From: Burkholderiales bacterium | GTDB taxonomy: Bacteria > Pseudomonadota > Gammaproteobacteria > Burkholderiales > Ga0077523 | Direction: 5' to 3' | Assembly: GCA_019745565.1 (NCBI GenBank) | Contig: JAIESW010000038.1 | Coordinates: 11,931 to 75,930 of the forward strand | Length of the DNA: 64,000 nucleotides | Part shown: positions 36,963-48,300 of the stretch, in pieces | How positions within the stretch are numbered: position 1 is the first letter of the stretch | Layout: each line of letters opens with the position of its first letter | The notes under the pieces: model-generated | What the model was told of the DNA's origin: nothing | The model's database searches: none | The model's input: the letters and a program-made list of their open reading frames with translations, nothing else | Translations under genes and position numbers: made by a program

Positions 36963-37250
36963 CTATTGCGGGAGCTTGTAGTACTTGTCGGCGATGTACT
37001 CGGTGACGTTGTCGATATCGGTCGGCGTCCAGCGCAGCCTGGTGTTCTCCTGCCATCGCTGCACCTGCTGACGCACCTCCAGGTAGGTGTTGGCGAGCCG
37101 GTCCGCGCGGGTGTACACAGAGGTCGTGTGGCACAGCACGCAATGGTTGTCGTGCAGCGACTGGCCGCGGTCGCGATCGGCGGCCACAGCGGGAAACGCG
37201 AGAGCCGCCAAGGCAACGGCGGCGACCTGCGAGCAGACGGACTTCGACAT
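36963..37250 (-). CDS. Small monoheme c-type cytochrome
   Basis: Signal peptide; RG..LH...CVLCH; GGAGGA SD. Confidence 0.85.
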   Translation of the reverse strand: MSKSVCSQVAAVALAALAFPAVAADRDRGQSLHDNHCVLCHTTSVYTRADRLANTYLEVRQQVQRWQENTRLRWTPTDIDNVTEYIADKYYKLPQ

Positions 37251-37361
37251 GGCTATCCTCCTGGAATGGCTCGGAATTCTGCAAATCCGCAACGCCGCCG
37301 CCGCGACGGCCTGAACCGAGTCGCACGGAACTGCGTCTAACCGGCATCTTTCCATCGAGCG

Positions 37362-37820
37362 ATGAAACCGACTTTGATCCTGATCATGCTCACCGCGGCC
37401 GTGCTCACGTTCACGACCCTGGTCGCGGTCGCAGCAGTGGCATTCTTCTGGGGCGGCGCTGCCGGCATGGCCGGCGGCGATCGGACCACGTCCGGCCTCA
37501 CGGCGGCGATCTACGCGCCCTTTGCCCTGGTGGCACTGCTGCTGCCGGTCATGGCGGCGCCCATGGCGCGACTGGCGTTGCGGTTGGGGGGCAGCAACCG
37601 CTCGGCGTCGGCCCACCCGATCCAGCCACTGTGGCTCCTGGCGGCGGTCGTCTTCCTCGCCGCCGAGGCACTCATCGCGGCAATCCGTACAATCGCCGGC
37701 GACGGGGCCTACTCGGCCCCGCTGTTCCTGCACCTGCTGCTCGCGGGCTACGCGGCGGCCGGCGCATACCTGTTGAGACGAGGTCCGGACCATGTTCGCG
37801 AATCTGCTGACACGCAGTAG
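37362..37820 (+). CDS. Hypothetical 4-TM membrane protein
   Basis: Four hydrophobic segments; fills gap before lipoprotein gene. Confidence 0.6.
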   Translation: MKPTLILIMLTAAVLTFTTLVAVAAVAFFWGGAAGMAGGDRTTSGLTAAIYAPFALVALLLPVMAAPMARLALRLGGSNRSASAHPIQPLWLLAAVVFLAAEALIAAIRTIAGDGAYSAPLFLHLLLAGYAAAGAYLLRRGPDHVRESADTQ

Positions 37821-38178
37821 CGCAATCGGCTTGGCGCTGTCGGCGGCTATCGCCCTCGCCGGCTGCGCCACCACGACGAAGCGCGTGCCCATGACGCTGG
37901 AGCAGGTCATCCAGCAATCGAAGGCGGGGACGCCACCGGCCGACATCATCAATCAGCTGAAGGACTCGCGCAGCGTCTTCGAGGTCTCGGGTTCGCAGTT
38001 CGCGAAACTGCGCGAGGAAGGCGTGGACGACTCCGTGCTCGACTTCATCCAGCGCACCTACGTCGCGAGCGTGGAGATGGACACCCGGCTGCGCTACCAG
38101 AGCATGTACTGGGGCTATGGCTGGGGGTATCCGTATCGTCCCTACTACGGCGGGTGGCCGTACTGGTACGGCTGGTGA
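37792..38178 (+). CDS. Hypothetical lipoprotein with Y/W/G/P-rich tail
   Basis: Lipobox LAGC; SKAG.....I...L, LR..GV...V.D; YWGYGWGYPYRPYYGGW tail. Confidence 0.8.
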   Translation: MFANLLTRSSAIGLALSAAIALAGCATTTKRVPMTLEQVIQQSKAGTPPADIINQLKDSRSVFEVSGSQFAKLREEGVDDSVLDFIQRTYVASVEMDTRLRYQSMYWGYGWGYPYRPYYGGWPYWYGW

Positions 38179-38187
38179 GCTGACTGC

Positions 38188-39111
38188 TCAGCGGCTGTCG
38201 CGGGCCCGCCGCGCGGCCAGGGCCTTCTGGAGCACCGACCAGTTCACCAGTACCAGCGCGCCGATCACGCCGGCCAGCCCCACCAGCAGCCGCCAGGTCA
38301 CGGGTTCGTTCAGTACCAGCGCTCCGAGGATTGCCGCAGAGACGGGATTCAGCGTGACCGCGAGCGCCACGCGCGAGGGCGCCGTGTGTTCGAGCGCCCA
38401 GATCCATAGGAAGAAGGTGACGGCGCCCCCGAGGCACGTGAGGTAGAGCACCGCGAGCCAACCCGGTGCGCTGATGTGGCTGAAAGCCTCCCACTCGCCC
38501 TGGGCGATCACCACGAGGGCAATGGCCACCGCACCCGCAGGGATCATGACCGATGCCACCACCATCGCCCGGTACTTGCGCAGCGCATAGCTCGAAGCGA
38601 CGTTGTAGATCGAACCCGACAGCACGGCGCCGAACATGTAGAGGTCACCCTTCCACGTCTCGGCGTTGGCGCCAACGATGCGGTCGCCCAACGCGAAGCC
38701 GACCGCGGCCAACGCCAGCACGCCACCGGCGACCTTGGTCGCGGTGAGGCGCTCGCGTCCGACCAGTGCGGCGAAGGCCAGCGTGAACAGCGGCTGGGTC
38801 GACAGCACGAGCGCCGCGCGCGCGGCGGGAATATGCGCGAGACTCATGGTGAAGAACCAGGGGAACACCGCGAACTGCACCAGCCCCAGACCGACTACCA
38901 TGGGCGCATCGCGCGTCGCCACCTTCACCGGCATGCGCGGCAGTGTGAACGCGAGCATCAGCACACTGGCCCCTGCAAAACGCAACAGGATCGTGGGCAG
39001 GACACCCGCTTCGGGAACCACGAACCGGGTCGCCACGATCGCGGAACCGCCGAGCGTGCTGGAAAGACAGGCCGCGAGAACGGCCAGCAGGGGAAGAGGT
39101 AGGTTCTTCAA
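38188..39111 (-). CDS. DMT/EamA-family transporter
   Basis: Ten hydrophobic segments, LLRF, QPLFT, GRERLT, LNPV, LNEP. Confidence 0.88.
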   Translation of the reverse strand: MKNLPLPLLAVLAACLSSTLGGSAIVATRFVVPEAGVLPTILLRFAGASVLMLAFTLPRMPVKVATRDAPMVVGLGLVQFAVFPWFFTMSLAHIPAARAALVLSTQPLFTLAFAALVGRERLTATKVAGGVLALAAVGFALGDRIVGANAETWKGDLYMFGAVLSGSIYNVASSYALRKYRAMVVASVMIPAGAVAIALVVIAQGEWEAFSHISAPGWLAVLYLTCLGGAVTFFLWIWALEHTAPSRVALAVTLNPVSAAILGALVLNEPVTWRLLVGLAGVIGALVLVNWSVLQKALAARRARDSR

Positions 39112-39138
39112 GACTCAGGGATGTACTAGCTTCGCCTC

Positions 39139-39223
39139 CGCCCTGACCCTGCCCCGGCCAAGCCGGGGGAGGGGATGTACACCCCTTCCCCCGACTGCGT
39201 CGGGGGAAGGCTGGGATGGGGGC
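39139..39223. repeat. REP-like palindromic repeat pair, family A
   Basis: CCCTGACCCTGCCCCGGC..GCCGGGGGAGGGGATGTACACCCCTTCCCCCGAC..GTCGGGGGAAGGCTGGGATGGGGGC; near-inverse of 54855-54945. Confidence 0.8.
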
Positions 39224-39266
39224 AAACGTCTAACGTTGAAGCCCGGACCTCCACCCCACCCCCGCC

Positions 39267-40946
39267 TCAAGACCGATCCGTCACCGCCCCTTTGGAGGCC
39301 GTCGAAACGAGCTTCACGTACTTCGCCATGAGGCCGCGCGTGTAGCGCGGCGCCGGTTGCTTCCAGGCGGCGCGGCGCTTCGCGAGTTCCTCGTCGGACA
39401 CGTGCATCTGGATCAGCTGCTTGTGCGCGTCGATGGTGATCGTGTCGCCTTCCTGCACCAGCGCGATGGGACCACCCACGAATGCCTCGGGCGCCACGTG
39501 ACCTACCACCATGCCCCATGACGCACCGGAGAAGCGCCCGTCGGTCAGCAGACCGACCGATTCGCCGAGCCCCGCGCCCACCAGGGCCGAGGTGGGCGAG
39601 AGCATCTCCTGCATGCCCGGCCCGCCCTTGGGCCCTTCGTAGCGGATCACCACCACGTCGCCCGCCTTGACCTTGCCGCCGATGATCGCTTCCATCGTCT
39701 CCGCCTCGGAGTTGAACACGCGGGCCGGACCGGTGATCACCGGGCTCTTGAGGCCCGTGATCTTGGCGACACAGCCCTCCGGCGCGAGATTGCCCTTGAG
39801 GATCGCGAGGTGCCCCTGCTCGTACAGCGGGTCGTCCCACGCGTGGATGACGTCCTGGTCCGTGCGGCGCACCGGATTGAGCGCCTTTAATTCCTCACCG
39901 ATGGTGCGGCCGGTGATCGTCATGCAATCGCCGTGCAACAACCCGTGGTCGAGCAGCATCTTGAGCACCACCGGCACACCGCCGGCCTTGTGGAAGTCGG
40001 TGGCGACGTACTTGCCCGACGGCTTCAGGTCGCAGATCACCGGGGTGCGCAGGCGGATGCGTTCGAAGTCGTCGATGGTCCACTCGACCTCGGCAGCCGA
40101 AGCGATGGCAAGGTAGTGCAACACGGCGTTGGTGGAACCGCCAGTGGCCATCACCAGCGACACCACGTTCTCGATGGACTTGCGGGTAATGATGTCGCGC
40201 GGGCGGATGTTCTTGCGTACCGCGTTGACCAGCACCTTCGCGGATTCCGCGGCGGAATCGGCCTTCTCCGGATCCGGCGAGGCGATCTGCGAGGAACCGA
40301 GCAGGCTCATGCCCAACGCCTCGAACGACGAGGACATCGTGTTGGCGGTGAACATGCCGCCGCACGCGCCCACGGTCGGACAGGCGTTACGCTCGACGCC
40401 TTCGAAGTCCTCCTTCGACATCTTGCCGGCCGTATAGGCACCCACCGCCTCGAAGGCGCTGGCGATGGTGAGGTCGCGGCCCTTCCACTTCCCCGGCTTG
40501 ATGGTGCCTCCGTACACGTAGATCGCGGGCACGTTCATGCGCGCGATGGCCATCATGCCGCCGGGCATGTTCTTGTCGCAGGCACCGATCACTAGCACCC
40601 CGTCCATCATCTGCCCGTTGACCGAGGTCTCGATCGCATCCGCGATCACCTCGCGCGACACCAGCGAATACTTCATGCCTTCGGTGCCCATGCCGATGCC
40701 GTCGGTCACCGTCGGCACGCCGAACACCTGCGGCTTCCCACCGGCCGCATCGATGGCCTGCATGGCGCGATCCACCAGCGGCTGGATGCCCGCGTTGCAG
40801 GGGTTCATGTTGGAATGGCCGTTGGCCACGCCGATGATCGGTTTGTCGAAGTCGCCGTCGCCGAAGCCGACGGCGCGCAGCATCGCGCGATTGGGGGAGC
40901 GGGCAACGCCGGCCGTGATGAGTTTGGAACGCCAGTTGTCGGCCAT
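39267..40946 (-). CDS. ilvD: Dihydroxy-acid dehydratase
   Basis: [70 protein letters not shown]. Confidence 0.95.
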   Translation of the reverse strand: MADNWRSKLITAGVARSPNRAMLRAVGFGDGDFDKPIIGVANGHSNMNPCNAGIQPLVDRAMQAIDAAGGKPQVFGVPTVTDGIGMGTEGMKYSLVSREVIADAIETSVNGQMMDGVLVIGACDKNMPGGMMAIARMNVPAIYVYGGTIKPGKWKGRDLTIASAFEAVGAYTAGKMSKEDFEGVERNACPTVGACGGMFTANTMSSSFEALGMSLLGSSQIASPDPEKADSAAESAKVLVNAVRKNIRPRDIITRKSIENVVSLVMATGGSTNAVLHYLAIASAAEVEWTIDDFERIRLRTPVICDLKPSGKYVATDFHKAGGVPVVLKMLLDHGLLHGDCMTITGRTIGEELKALNPVRRTDQDVIHAWDDPLYEQGHLAILKGNLAPEGCVAKITGLKSPVITGPARVFNSEAETMEAIIGGKVKAGDVVVIRYEGPKGGPGMQEMLSPTSALVGAGLGESVGLLTDGRFSGASWGMVVGHVAPEAFVGGPIALVQEGDTITIDAHKQLIQMHVSDEELAKRRAAWKQPAPRYTRGLMAKYVKLVSTASKGAVTDRS

Positions 40947-41096
40947 GGGGGAATCCTCCTGAGGTAGGAATGCTTGACGGTCGCGAGTGGTGGCGCACCG
41001 CGGCGAACGGTTCGCCCCGCGCGGTCCATCACAGTTTTGCCGAGAGTTTCGCCGAAAGCCGCGACTCGCGTCTAATATATTGTCCGGGTCGGATTG

Positions 41097-41111
41097 ATAC
41101 TGCATGGCTAT
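41097..41111. promoter_or_regulatory. LysR-type recognition site between ilvD and its divergent regulator
   Basis: ATAC-N7-CTAT (T-N11-A core) overlapping LysR start, in AT-rich intergenic segment. Confidence 0.45.
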
Positions 41112-42012
41112 GAATATCGAACTGCGCCATCTGCGCTATTTCGTGGCGGTCGCCGAAGAACTGCACTTCGGCCGCGCCGCGCAGCGGCTGCACATCTCGC
41201 AGCCGCCGCTGTCGATGCAGATCCGCGCGCTGGAGGAGAATCTCGGGGTGCAGTTGTTCGAACGGACCCAGCGCCGCGTCGCGCTGACGCAGGCCGGCGC
41301 CGCCTTCCTGGGCGAGGCCCGCCAGATTCTCGCGCGCACGGAGAGTGCCGCCCTGCTCGCCCGCCGCGCGAGCCGCGGCGAGGTCGGTGACCTCGCCATC
41401 GGCTTCGTGAGCACCGCCGACTACAACGTCCTGCCGCCGCTGTTGCGCGAATTCCGGCAGCGGGCGCCGGCGGTGCGGCTCACGCTGTACGAATCCACCA
41501 CCGACCGGCAGCTGGCAGACCTGGTGGACGGCCGGATCGACGTGGGGTTCGTGCTGCCGCCGGTGGAGGATCCACGCCTCACTTACCGCACTATTCATCG
41601 CGAGACGCTGGTGGCCGCGCTGCCGGCGCGGCACCCGCTCGCTCGCGCGAAGGGCAAGCTCCGGCTCGCGGCCCTGTCCGAGTCACCCTTCATCCTGTTT
41701 CCGCGACCGAATGCGCCCAGCTTGTACGATGCCGTGGTGAGCTATTGCAGCAGCGCGGGCTTCAGCCCGCACATCGAGCAGGAAGCGGTACAGATGCAGA
41801 CGATCGTGAGCCTGGTGTCGGCCGAGATCGGCGTCGCGCTGATTCCCGCCTCCCTGCGCCACCTGGGGCGGACCGGCGTGGTCTACAAAGCGCCGGTCGA
41901 GCGCAGTCCCCTGACGGAGATCGGGCTCGCCTGGCGCCGTGACGACACGCTCGCGACCTTGGGGATGTTCCTCGAAGTCGCAGTTCCCGCGCACTCGGGC
42001 GCCGCGAAATGA
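41104..42012 (+). CDS. LysR-family regulator divergent from ilvD (IlvR/BenM-CatR-like)
   Basis: [35 protein letters not shown]; alternative ATG at 41110. Confidence 0.93.
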   Translation: MAMNIELRHLRYFVAVAEELHFGRAAQRLHISQPPLSMQIRALEENLGVQLFERTQRRVALTQAGAAFLGEARQILARTESAALLARRASRGEVGDLAIGFVSTADYNVLPPLLREFRQRAPAVRLTLYESTTDRQLADLVDGRIDVGFVLPPVEDPRLTYRTIHRETLVAALPARHPLARAKGKLRLAALSESPFILFPRPNAPSLYDAVVSYCSSAGFSPHIEQEAVQMQTIVSLVSAEIGVALIPASLRHLGRTGVVYKAPVERSPLTEIGLAWRRDDTLATLGMFLEVAVPAHSGAAK

Positions 42013-42476
42013 GCGCCGAGATCCGCCATCTCCCCGACGAAACCGCCACGCTGGCACTGGGTGCACGCATCGCTGCGGAACTCGAGCCCGGTCTCATCCT
42101 CCATCTGCACGGCGACCTCGGCGCAGGCAAAACCACCTTCGCGCGCGGTCTCCTGCGGGCCCTGGGATACCGCGGCCGGGTGAAGAGTCCGACCTTCACC
42201 CTGGTTGAACTTTACAAGCTTTCTAGTTTATCCTTGTACCACTTTGATTTTTATAGATTCGACGATCCTAAAGCTTGGTTGGATGCTGGCTTTCGCGAAC
42301 ACTTCGACGGCAGCAACGTGTGCCTGGTGGAGTGGCCCGAGAAAGCCGGTCCCGAATTGCCGGCCCCGGATCTCGACATCAGCCTCGGCGTGGTGCCCGA
42401 GGGCGGCAGAACGGTACGGCTGGAAGCGCATACGGAGAAGGGCGAACGTTGCCTGCAGGGACTCATGAACGATTGA
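42009..42476 (+). CDS. tsaE: t6A biosynthesis ATPase TsaE
   Basis: GDLGAGKT, VKSPTFTLVE.Y, HFDFYR, LVEWPE. Confidence 0.95.
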   Translation: MSAEIRHLPDETATLALGARIAAELEPGLILHLHGDLGAGKTTFARGLLRALGYRGRVKSPTFTLVELYKLSSLSLYHFDFYRFDDPKAWLDAGFREHFDGSNVCLVEWPEKAGPELPAPDLDISLGVVPEGGRTVRLEAHTEKGERCLQGLMND

Positions 42477-44050
42477 AGCGGCTGCGCCGCTGGGTGACCG
42501 GCGGTGCGCTGGCGGCCGCGCTGGTTCTACCGCCGGCCTTCGTCTTCGGCGGACCGCTGTCCGCGGCGCGCGTGTGGCCCGGCCCCGACTACACGCGCCT
42601 GACGCTCGAATCGCCGGCCGCCATCAGCTACAAGCTCTTCACCATCCGCGAGCCCGAGCGTCTCGTGCTCGACCTCGAGGACGTGGAGATCGGCACGGTG
42701 CTCGACGCATTGCCGGCCCGCATCTCGCCGGACGACCCGTACCTGCGCTCGGTGCGCATCGGCCGCATGAAGCCGGGCACCGTGCGGCTCGTGTTCGATC
42801 TCAAGGTGTCGGTGGAACCCCAGGCCTTCCTGCTGAAGCCCGTGGGCGACTATGGGCACCGTCTCGTGCTCGATTTCTACCCGACCGAGCCGGTCGATCC
42901 GGTCATGGCGCTGCTGCGCCACGTCGAACGCGAGAAGGCGGCAGCCCAGACAAGCCCGCCGACCGAGACCGTGTCGCCGGGTGCCGCCGAGCCCGAGCCT
43001 GCACCGGCTTTGCCACCGCAGGCTTCCGAGAAGCAGCCCACCGAAGCGCCACCCAAGGCTGCAGCCAAACCGGCGCCGACGCCCGACCTCAAGGGCGGGC
43101 GTGAACTGGTGATCGTCATCGATGCCGGCCACGGCGGCGAAGATCCGGGTGCGAAGGGACGCGACGGCACGTGGGAAAAGCACGTGACGCTCGCGATCGC
43201 CCGCAAGCTGAAGGCCGCGGTCGACCAGGAACCGAACATGCGCGCCGCGCTCACGCGCGACGGTGACTACTTCATCCCGCTCCAGAACCGCGTCATCAAG
43301 GCACGCGCAGCGGAGGCGGACCTGTTCATCTCCATCCACGCCGATGCGTTCATCAAGCCGCACGCGCGCGGCTCGTCGGTGTTCGCGCTGTCGGAGCGCG
43401 GCGCCACGTCGGCCGCGGCACGCTGGCTCGCCAAGCGCGAAAACGAGGCCGACCTGATCGGCGGCGTGAACATCGACGTGGCCGATCCGTTCTTGAAGCA
43501 GGTGCTGCTCGATCTCTCGCAGACCGCCACCATCAACGACAGTCTGAAGCTCGGCCGCTCGGTGCTCGACCAGCTCGGCACCGTCAACACGCTGCACAAA
43601 CCGCGGGTGGAACAGGCGGGCTTCGCGGTACTGAAGGCCCCCGACATCCCTTCCATCCTGGTCGAGACCGCCTTCATCAGCAATCCGGAAGAGGAGCAGC
43701 GGCTCAAGGACGAGGACTACCAGAACGAACTGGTCGGTGCCCTGCTTTCCGGCATCAAGCACTATCTTGCGAAGAATCCGCCGGTCGCTCGCGGCCGCAC
43801 TGCAGCGACCGCCCCTCCTCCGGTCCGTACGGCCGCAGCAGCAGCACCTGAATCCAGGGCCGCCCCGCCCCCGCCCAAGGCGGCCGCAGCGCCTGCCAAA
43901 CCGGTCAAGGCGTCGGCACCGCGCCGACAACCGGAAGCCGCACCGGTACCGGTCGCGTGTGTCGAGAAGAAGACCAAACCTTCCGGCGCCACCACCAAGC
44001 ATTGCCCCAAGGCGACACCGCGTCCCCCGCGTCTCGCGGCGCGCGACTGA
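42473..44050 (+). CDS. amiC: N-acetylmuramoyl-L-alanine amidase with AMIN domain and P/A/K-rich C-terminal tail
   Basis: RVWP..DYTR.TLES, RLVLD (AMIN); IDAGHGGEDPGA, E, FISIHAD, LVETAFISNP; probable TTG start overlapping tsaE stop. Confidence 0.9.
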   Translation: MKRLRRWVTGGALAAALVLPPAFVFGGPLSAARVWPGPDYTRLTLESPAAISYKLFTIREPERLVLDLEDVEIGTVLDALPARISPDDPYLRSVRIGRMKPGTVRLVFDLKVSVEPQAFLLKPVGDYGHRLVLDFYPTEPVDPVMALLRHVEREKAAAQTSPPTETVSPGAAEPEPAPALPPQASEKQPTEAPPKAAAKPAPTPDLKGGRELVIVIDAGHGGEDPGAKGRDGTWEKHVTLAIARKLKAAVDQEPNMRAALTRDGDYFIPLQNRVIKARAAEADLFISIHADAFIKPHARGSSVFALSERGATSAAARWLAKRENEADLIGGVNIDVADPFLKQVLLDLSQTATINDSLKLGRSVLDQLGTVNTLHKPRVEQAGFAVLKAPDIPSILVETAFISNPEEEQRLKDEDYQNELVGALLSGIKHYLAKNPPVARGRTAATAPPPVRTAAAAAPESRAAPPPPKAAAAPAKPVKASAPRRQPEAAPVPVACVEKKTKPSGATTKHCPKATPRPPRLAARD

Positions 44051-44127
44051 GCACGCGTGGCGACCGTGAACCGGCGGACCGACGACCCGTTCGCGGCATT
44101 CCACCGCAGCTGCGCAAGACCCAACTC

Positions 44128-44718
44128 ATGCCTGAGCCTTCGCATCTCTGCGGCATCCTGCTAGCAGCAGGCAGCGGCAGCCGCTTCGGCGGCGGCAAAC
44201 TCGCGCACCCGCTGCCGGCATCGGGCGTGCCGCTGGTCGTGGCGGCCTGGCGCCACCTCAAGGCCGCGGTGCCGCAGAGTTGCGCCGTGGTACGTGCCGG
44301 CGACGCCGCCGTGATTGCCCTGTTGCGGGCCGAAGGAGCACGGGTGATCGAGTGCGACGATGCGGCCGAAGGGATGGGACGCAGCCTGAGTTGCGGCGTG
44401 CGCGCCAACCCCTACGCGGCCGGATGGATCGTCGCGCTCGGCGACATGCCGACGCTGCGGATCGAGACCATCGCTGCCGTGGCTCGTTCGCTGCGCCAGG
44501 GTGCCGCCATCGCGATCCCGGTACGCGACGGCCAGCGCGGCCACCCCGTGGGATTCGCGGTGCGCTTCGGTGCCGAGCTCTCCGAGCTGCGCGGCGATGC
44601 CGGCGCGCGGTCGGTGCTGAAGGCACACGCGACCGATGTCACCGAGGTCCACGTGGACGACCCCGGCATCCTCGCCGACGTGGACACGCGCGCGGATCTC
44701 GCGCGCGTCGCCAGCTGA
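44128..44718 (+). CDS. MocA/YgfJ-like nucleotidyltransferase (molybdenum cofactor cytidylyltransferase family)
   Basis: ILLAAG.GSRFGG.KL, GMG.SL..G, LGDMP, GHPVGF, GD.GAR, DVDT..DL. Confidence 0.88.
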   Translation: MPEPSHLCGILLAAGSGSRFGGGKLAHPLPASGVPLVVAAWRHLKAAVPQSCAVVRAGDAAVIALLRAEGARVIECDDAAEGMGRSLSCGVRANPYAAGWIVALGDMPTLRIETIAAVARSLRQGAAIAIPVRDGQRGHPVGFAVRFGAELSELRGDAGARSVLKAHATDVTEVHVDDPGILADVDTRADLARVAS

Positions 44719-44730
44719 AGGACTGCTAGC

Positions 44731-45297
44731 CTAGAGGCTTGCGAGGTAGTGGCCGACCGCCTCGATCTGCTCGTCGGTCAGGCTCTTCACCGTCGCACTC
44801 ATCACGCCGTCGTCGTTGGTGCGCGCCCCGTCACGATAGTCCTTGAGCTGCTTGATGACGTAGGTGTGCTTCTGGCGCGCAATGCGCGGAAATTCATTGA
44901 GCCCCTTGTAGCCGGGTTGATGACAGGCGGCGCACTGGGCTTCCTCCACGACCTTCTTGCCCTTTTCCACCAGCGCCGGATCGGGCTTGAAGCTGCCCGA
45001 GCGCATCATGTTCTGCCCCGAGAAGTACTCGGCGAGATCCTTCACGTCCTGTTCGGACAGGATGCCCACCGACGGCGACATCATCGAGTTCTTCCGCTTG
45101 CCTTCCTTGAACGCCATGATCTGGCGGTAGAGGTACTCCTTGGTCTGGCCGGCGAGACTCGGATACAGACCCGAGCTGGAATTGCCGTCGGTGCCGTGGC
45201 AGTGGGCGCAGGAATCGGACTTGGCCGCGATCGCCGCACCGCCGAAGACGGCGGCAACGAGGCAGACGGCTGACAGGATCAGAGTCGGGATACGCAT
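44731..45297 (-). CDS. Diheme cytochrome c4
   Basis: Signal peptide; CAHCH and CAACH; PSLAGQ..EYL, PRIARQ..TY, Met ligands. Confidence 0.92.
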   Translation of the reverse strand: MRIPTLILSAVCLVAAVFGGAAIAAKSDSCAHCHGTDGNSSSGLYPSLAGQTKEYLYRQIMAFKEGKRKNSMMSPSVGILSEQDVKDLAEYFSGQNMMRSGSFKPDPALVEKGKKVVEEAQCAACHQPGYKGLNEFPRIARQKHTYVIKQLKDYRDGARTNDDGVMSATVKSLTDEQIEAVGHYLASL

Positions 45298-45364
45298 GGT
45301 TGTTGTCGAGATCGCTCGTGGTTGAGTCGGGAACGTCCGGCGTCTGCGCGCCATGACTTGAAGA

Positions 45365-48300
45365 TCAGGGCTTCAGCATCATCGCCTTCAACGTGCCGAT
45401 GATGGCGAAGTTGCCGCGGAACTGGTTCGAGGTGCTCTTGAGTTCCACCTGCACCCGCCCGTTCACTTCCTGCCCGGGCGACACGTCGAACTGACCGTTC
45501 GCCACCAGCAGGCCGGACTGCAGCCGCAGGTTGCGGTACTGATAGCGGCCACCGGCGACGTTCATGGTGCCGGTGAGTTCGTCGAAGCGGCTCTTGCCGC
45601 CGCGGATACCCTCGCGCACCGGAGTCTGCAGCGCACGGACCAGGTCGACGCCGTCCAGAGTGCCCTTGCGCAGCGTGAAGCTGGCCTGCGCCTGCGGCGC
45701 GTCCATGAGCTGGGCCAGGGTCGGGCCCGCCATCTCGATCCGGCCCTTTGCGTCGAGCTGACCGCTCGACTTGGCGTCCTTGGTGAGCGTCTCCATGAAC
45801 GGGTAGAGCTCCACGTGCCCGGTCTCGAACTCCGTCTCGAGACTCCAGCCGGACGTCCAGGTCATCTGTGCGCTGCCCTTGACCGACCCGCCGTACAGCA
45901 GGCCTTCGATCTCCGAGAGCGTGATGCCCTTGTCGGTGGCGACACCCTTGGCGACGAAGTCGTCGAAGATCAGCGCCGGCCCCATGGGCAGCTTGAACGA
46001 CTTGCCGCTCGCCTCGATGGCGATGCCGGCGTCGGTCGGCGTGAGTTCCGCCTTGAGCGTGCCGTCCGACAGCTTCACGCTGCCGCCGCGGTACTCCGCA
46101 TCGTGCGAGAGCAGCACCTCGACGTCGACCGGCGGAGCGTCCACGCCCTTCACCGCGATCTTGGCATTGCGCACCACCAGACGCCGCACGTCGATGTTGC
46201 CCTGACCGCCGCTTTCGTGCTTCGCCCACGACACGATGCGCGTGAGCGCTTCCGCGGTCGTGGCAACGCCGTCCACCTCGAGCCGCCGCACCACCACCTG
46301 ATCGCTGAAGAGCGAACCCAGTTCCGGATAGACCTTGATCGTGGTGACCTGCACGTCGAGCTGCTGGCCGATCTTGACGTTGTCCAGCTTGAACTCGAGG
46401 CTCGGCAGGATCGACATGTGCAGCTGCGCGATCGACACCGGTTCCTTGATGCGGCGTGACGCGGCCCCTTCGATCGCCGGGATATACGACGACATCGGCA
46501 TGAACTGGAGCGTGCCGACCAGCACCGCGATCAGCACGCCGAACCCGATGACCAACGGCTTCGCCCGGTTCCACGGCGTGCGCTTGCGCTGGTCGAGCAG
46601 GGCCTTGCGGGCCGCCTTCTGGCGATCGCGCTCCTCCTGGTCGGCGCGGCTCTTGGCGAGCGCTTCCTCGCGGGCACGCCGCTCGGCCTCCTGCCGCGCG
46701 ATGTCGGCCTTCTTGCGCGCCTCTTGCTCGCGCTGCTTGCGCTCTTCCTTCTCCCTGGCCTTGAGCTCTGCATCCTCCTTCGCCTTGCGCGCGGTCTCCT
46801 CGCGGGAGCGCTTCTCGGCCTCTTCCTTCGCCCGCTTCGCCTCCTCGGCGATGGTGCGCGCTTCCGCCTCCTGGCGCTCGCGCGCGTCGCGCTCCGCGGC
46901 CTCCATCGCAAGGCGCGCTTCCTCTTCCATCTTGTGGCGGCGCTCCTGTTCCTCGAGCGCCTTGCGCATCGCCTCTTCCTGCACCTTCAACTGGGCCTCG
47001 ATGTCGATGCCCTCACCGCCGAACGCGACATCCATCACGGGCGGCGCCTCCGCCGCCTCGTCACGCACGGGCCGCATGCCGGCTTCGCGCTCGCGCAGCT
47101 TGCGCTCGTCCTCTTCCTCGCGGCGGCGACGGTCTTCTTCCTCCTCGCGACGGCGACGCTCGTCCTCCTCACGCCGGCGCTCGTCTTCCTGGCGGCGGCG
47201 TTCCTCCTCTTCCCGGCGGCGCCGTTCATCCTCCTCGCGCCGCCGTTCCTCGTCTTCGCGACGGCGGCGCTCGTCCTCTTCGCGCTGACGCGCCTCTTCT
47301 TCCTCGCGACGACGGCTCTCCTCGGCCTCGCGCGCGGCCTCGCCGGCCCGCTCGACCACGCCCTCGTTGCCGCGGATCGCTTCGCGCTGCCGCCGGATCG
47401 ACTCGTGGCGCGCGACCAGTTCTTCCTCTTCGCGCTGCAGGCGTTCTTCTTCCTCCTGGCGGCGGCGCTCCTCTTCCTCCTTGCGCCGACGCTCTTCCTC
47501 CTCGCGCTGCCGGCGTTCCTCTTCCTCCTTGCGCTTGCGCTCTTCCTCTTCACGGCGCAGGCGCTCCTCCTCCTCGCGCCGCTTGCGCTCTTCCTCTTCG
47601 CGCTGACGACGCTCCTCTTCCTCGCGCTGCCGGCGTTCCTCTTCTTCCTTGCGGCGGCGCTCTTCCTCTTCCCTGCGCTTGCGTTCCTCTTCCTCACGGC
47701 GCTTGCGCTCTTCCTCTTCGCGCCGCCGACGCTCCTCTTCCTCGCGCCGCTTCCGTTCGTCCTCTTCCTTCCGCTTGCGCTCTTCTTCTTCCTTGCGCTT
47801 GCGTTCCTCTTCCTCGCGCCGCTTGCGCTCTTCCTCTTCGCGCCGCCGACGTTCCTCTTCCTCGCGACGCTTGCGTTCTTCCTCTTCCTTCCGCTTGCGC
47901 TCTTCCTCCTCCTTGCGCTTGCGTTCCTCTTCCTCGCGGCGTTTGCGTTCTTCCTCTTCCTTCCGCTTGCGCTCTTCCTCTTCCTTGCGCCGACGCTCTT
48001 CGTCTTCCTTGCGCTTGCGCTCCTCTTCCTCGCGGCGCCGGCGGTCCTCCTCCTCCTTGCGCTTGCGGTCCTCTTCATCCTTGCGGCGCCGCTCCTCTTC
48101 CTCGCGGGCGCGACGCTCCGCGTCCTCCTTCGCCTTGCGCTCGGCCTCGATGCGCGCGAGACGGGCCTCCTCCTCCAGCCGCTTCTTCTCGGCTTCGAGG
48201 CGCTTCCTTTCCTCCTCGAGGCGGCGCTTCATCTCCTCCTCGAGCTTCGCGCGGCGCTCGGCCTCTTCCTTCGCCTTCTTCTCGGCCTCTTCGCGCGCGC

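Noticed and set aside
47100-48130. Possible non-coding satellite or array; alternative ORFs 46335..47288, 46724..48871, 47035..48078, 47649..48590
   Set aside because: Repeats vary at synonymous positions of the E/R/K frame and lie within the 1181-aa ORF; the other frames are low-complexity shadows (poly-S/R, poly-L/F)
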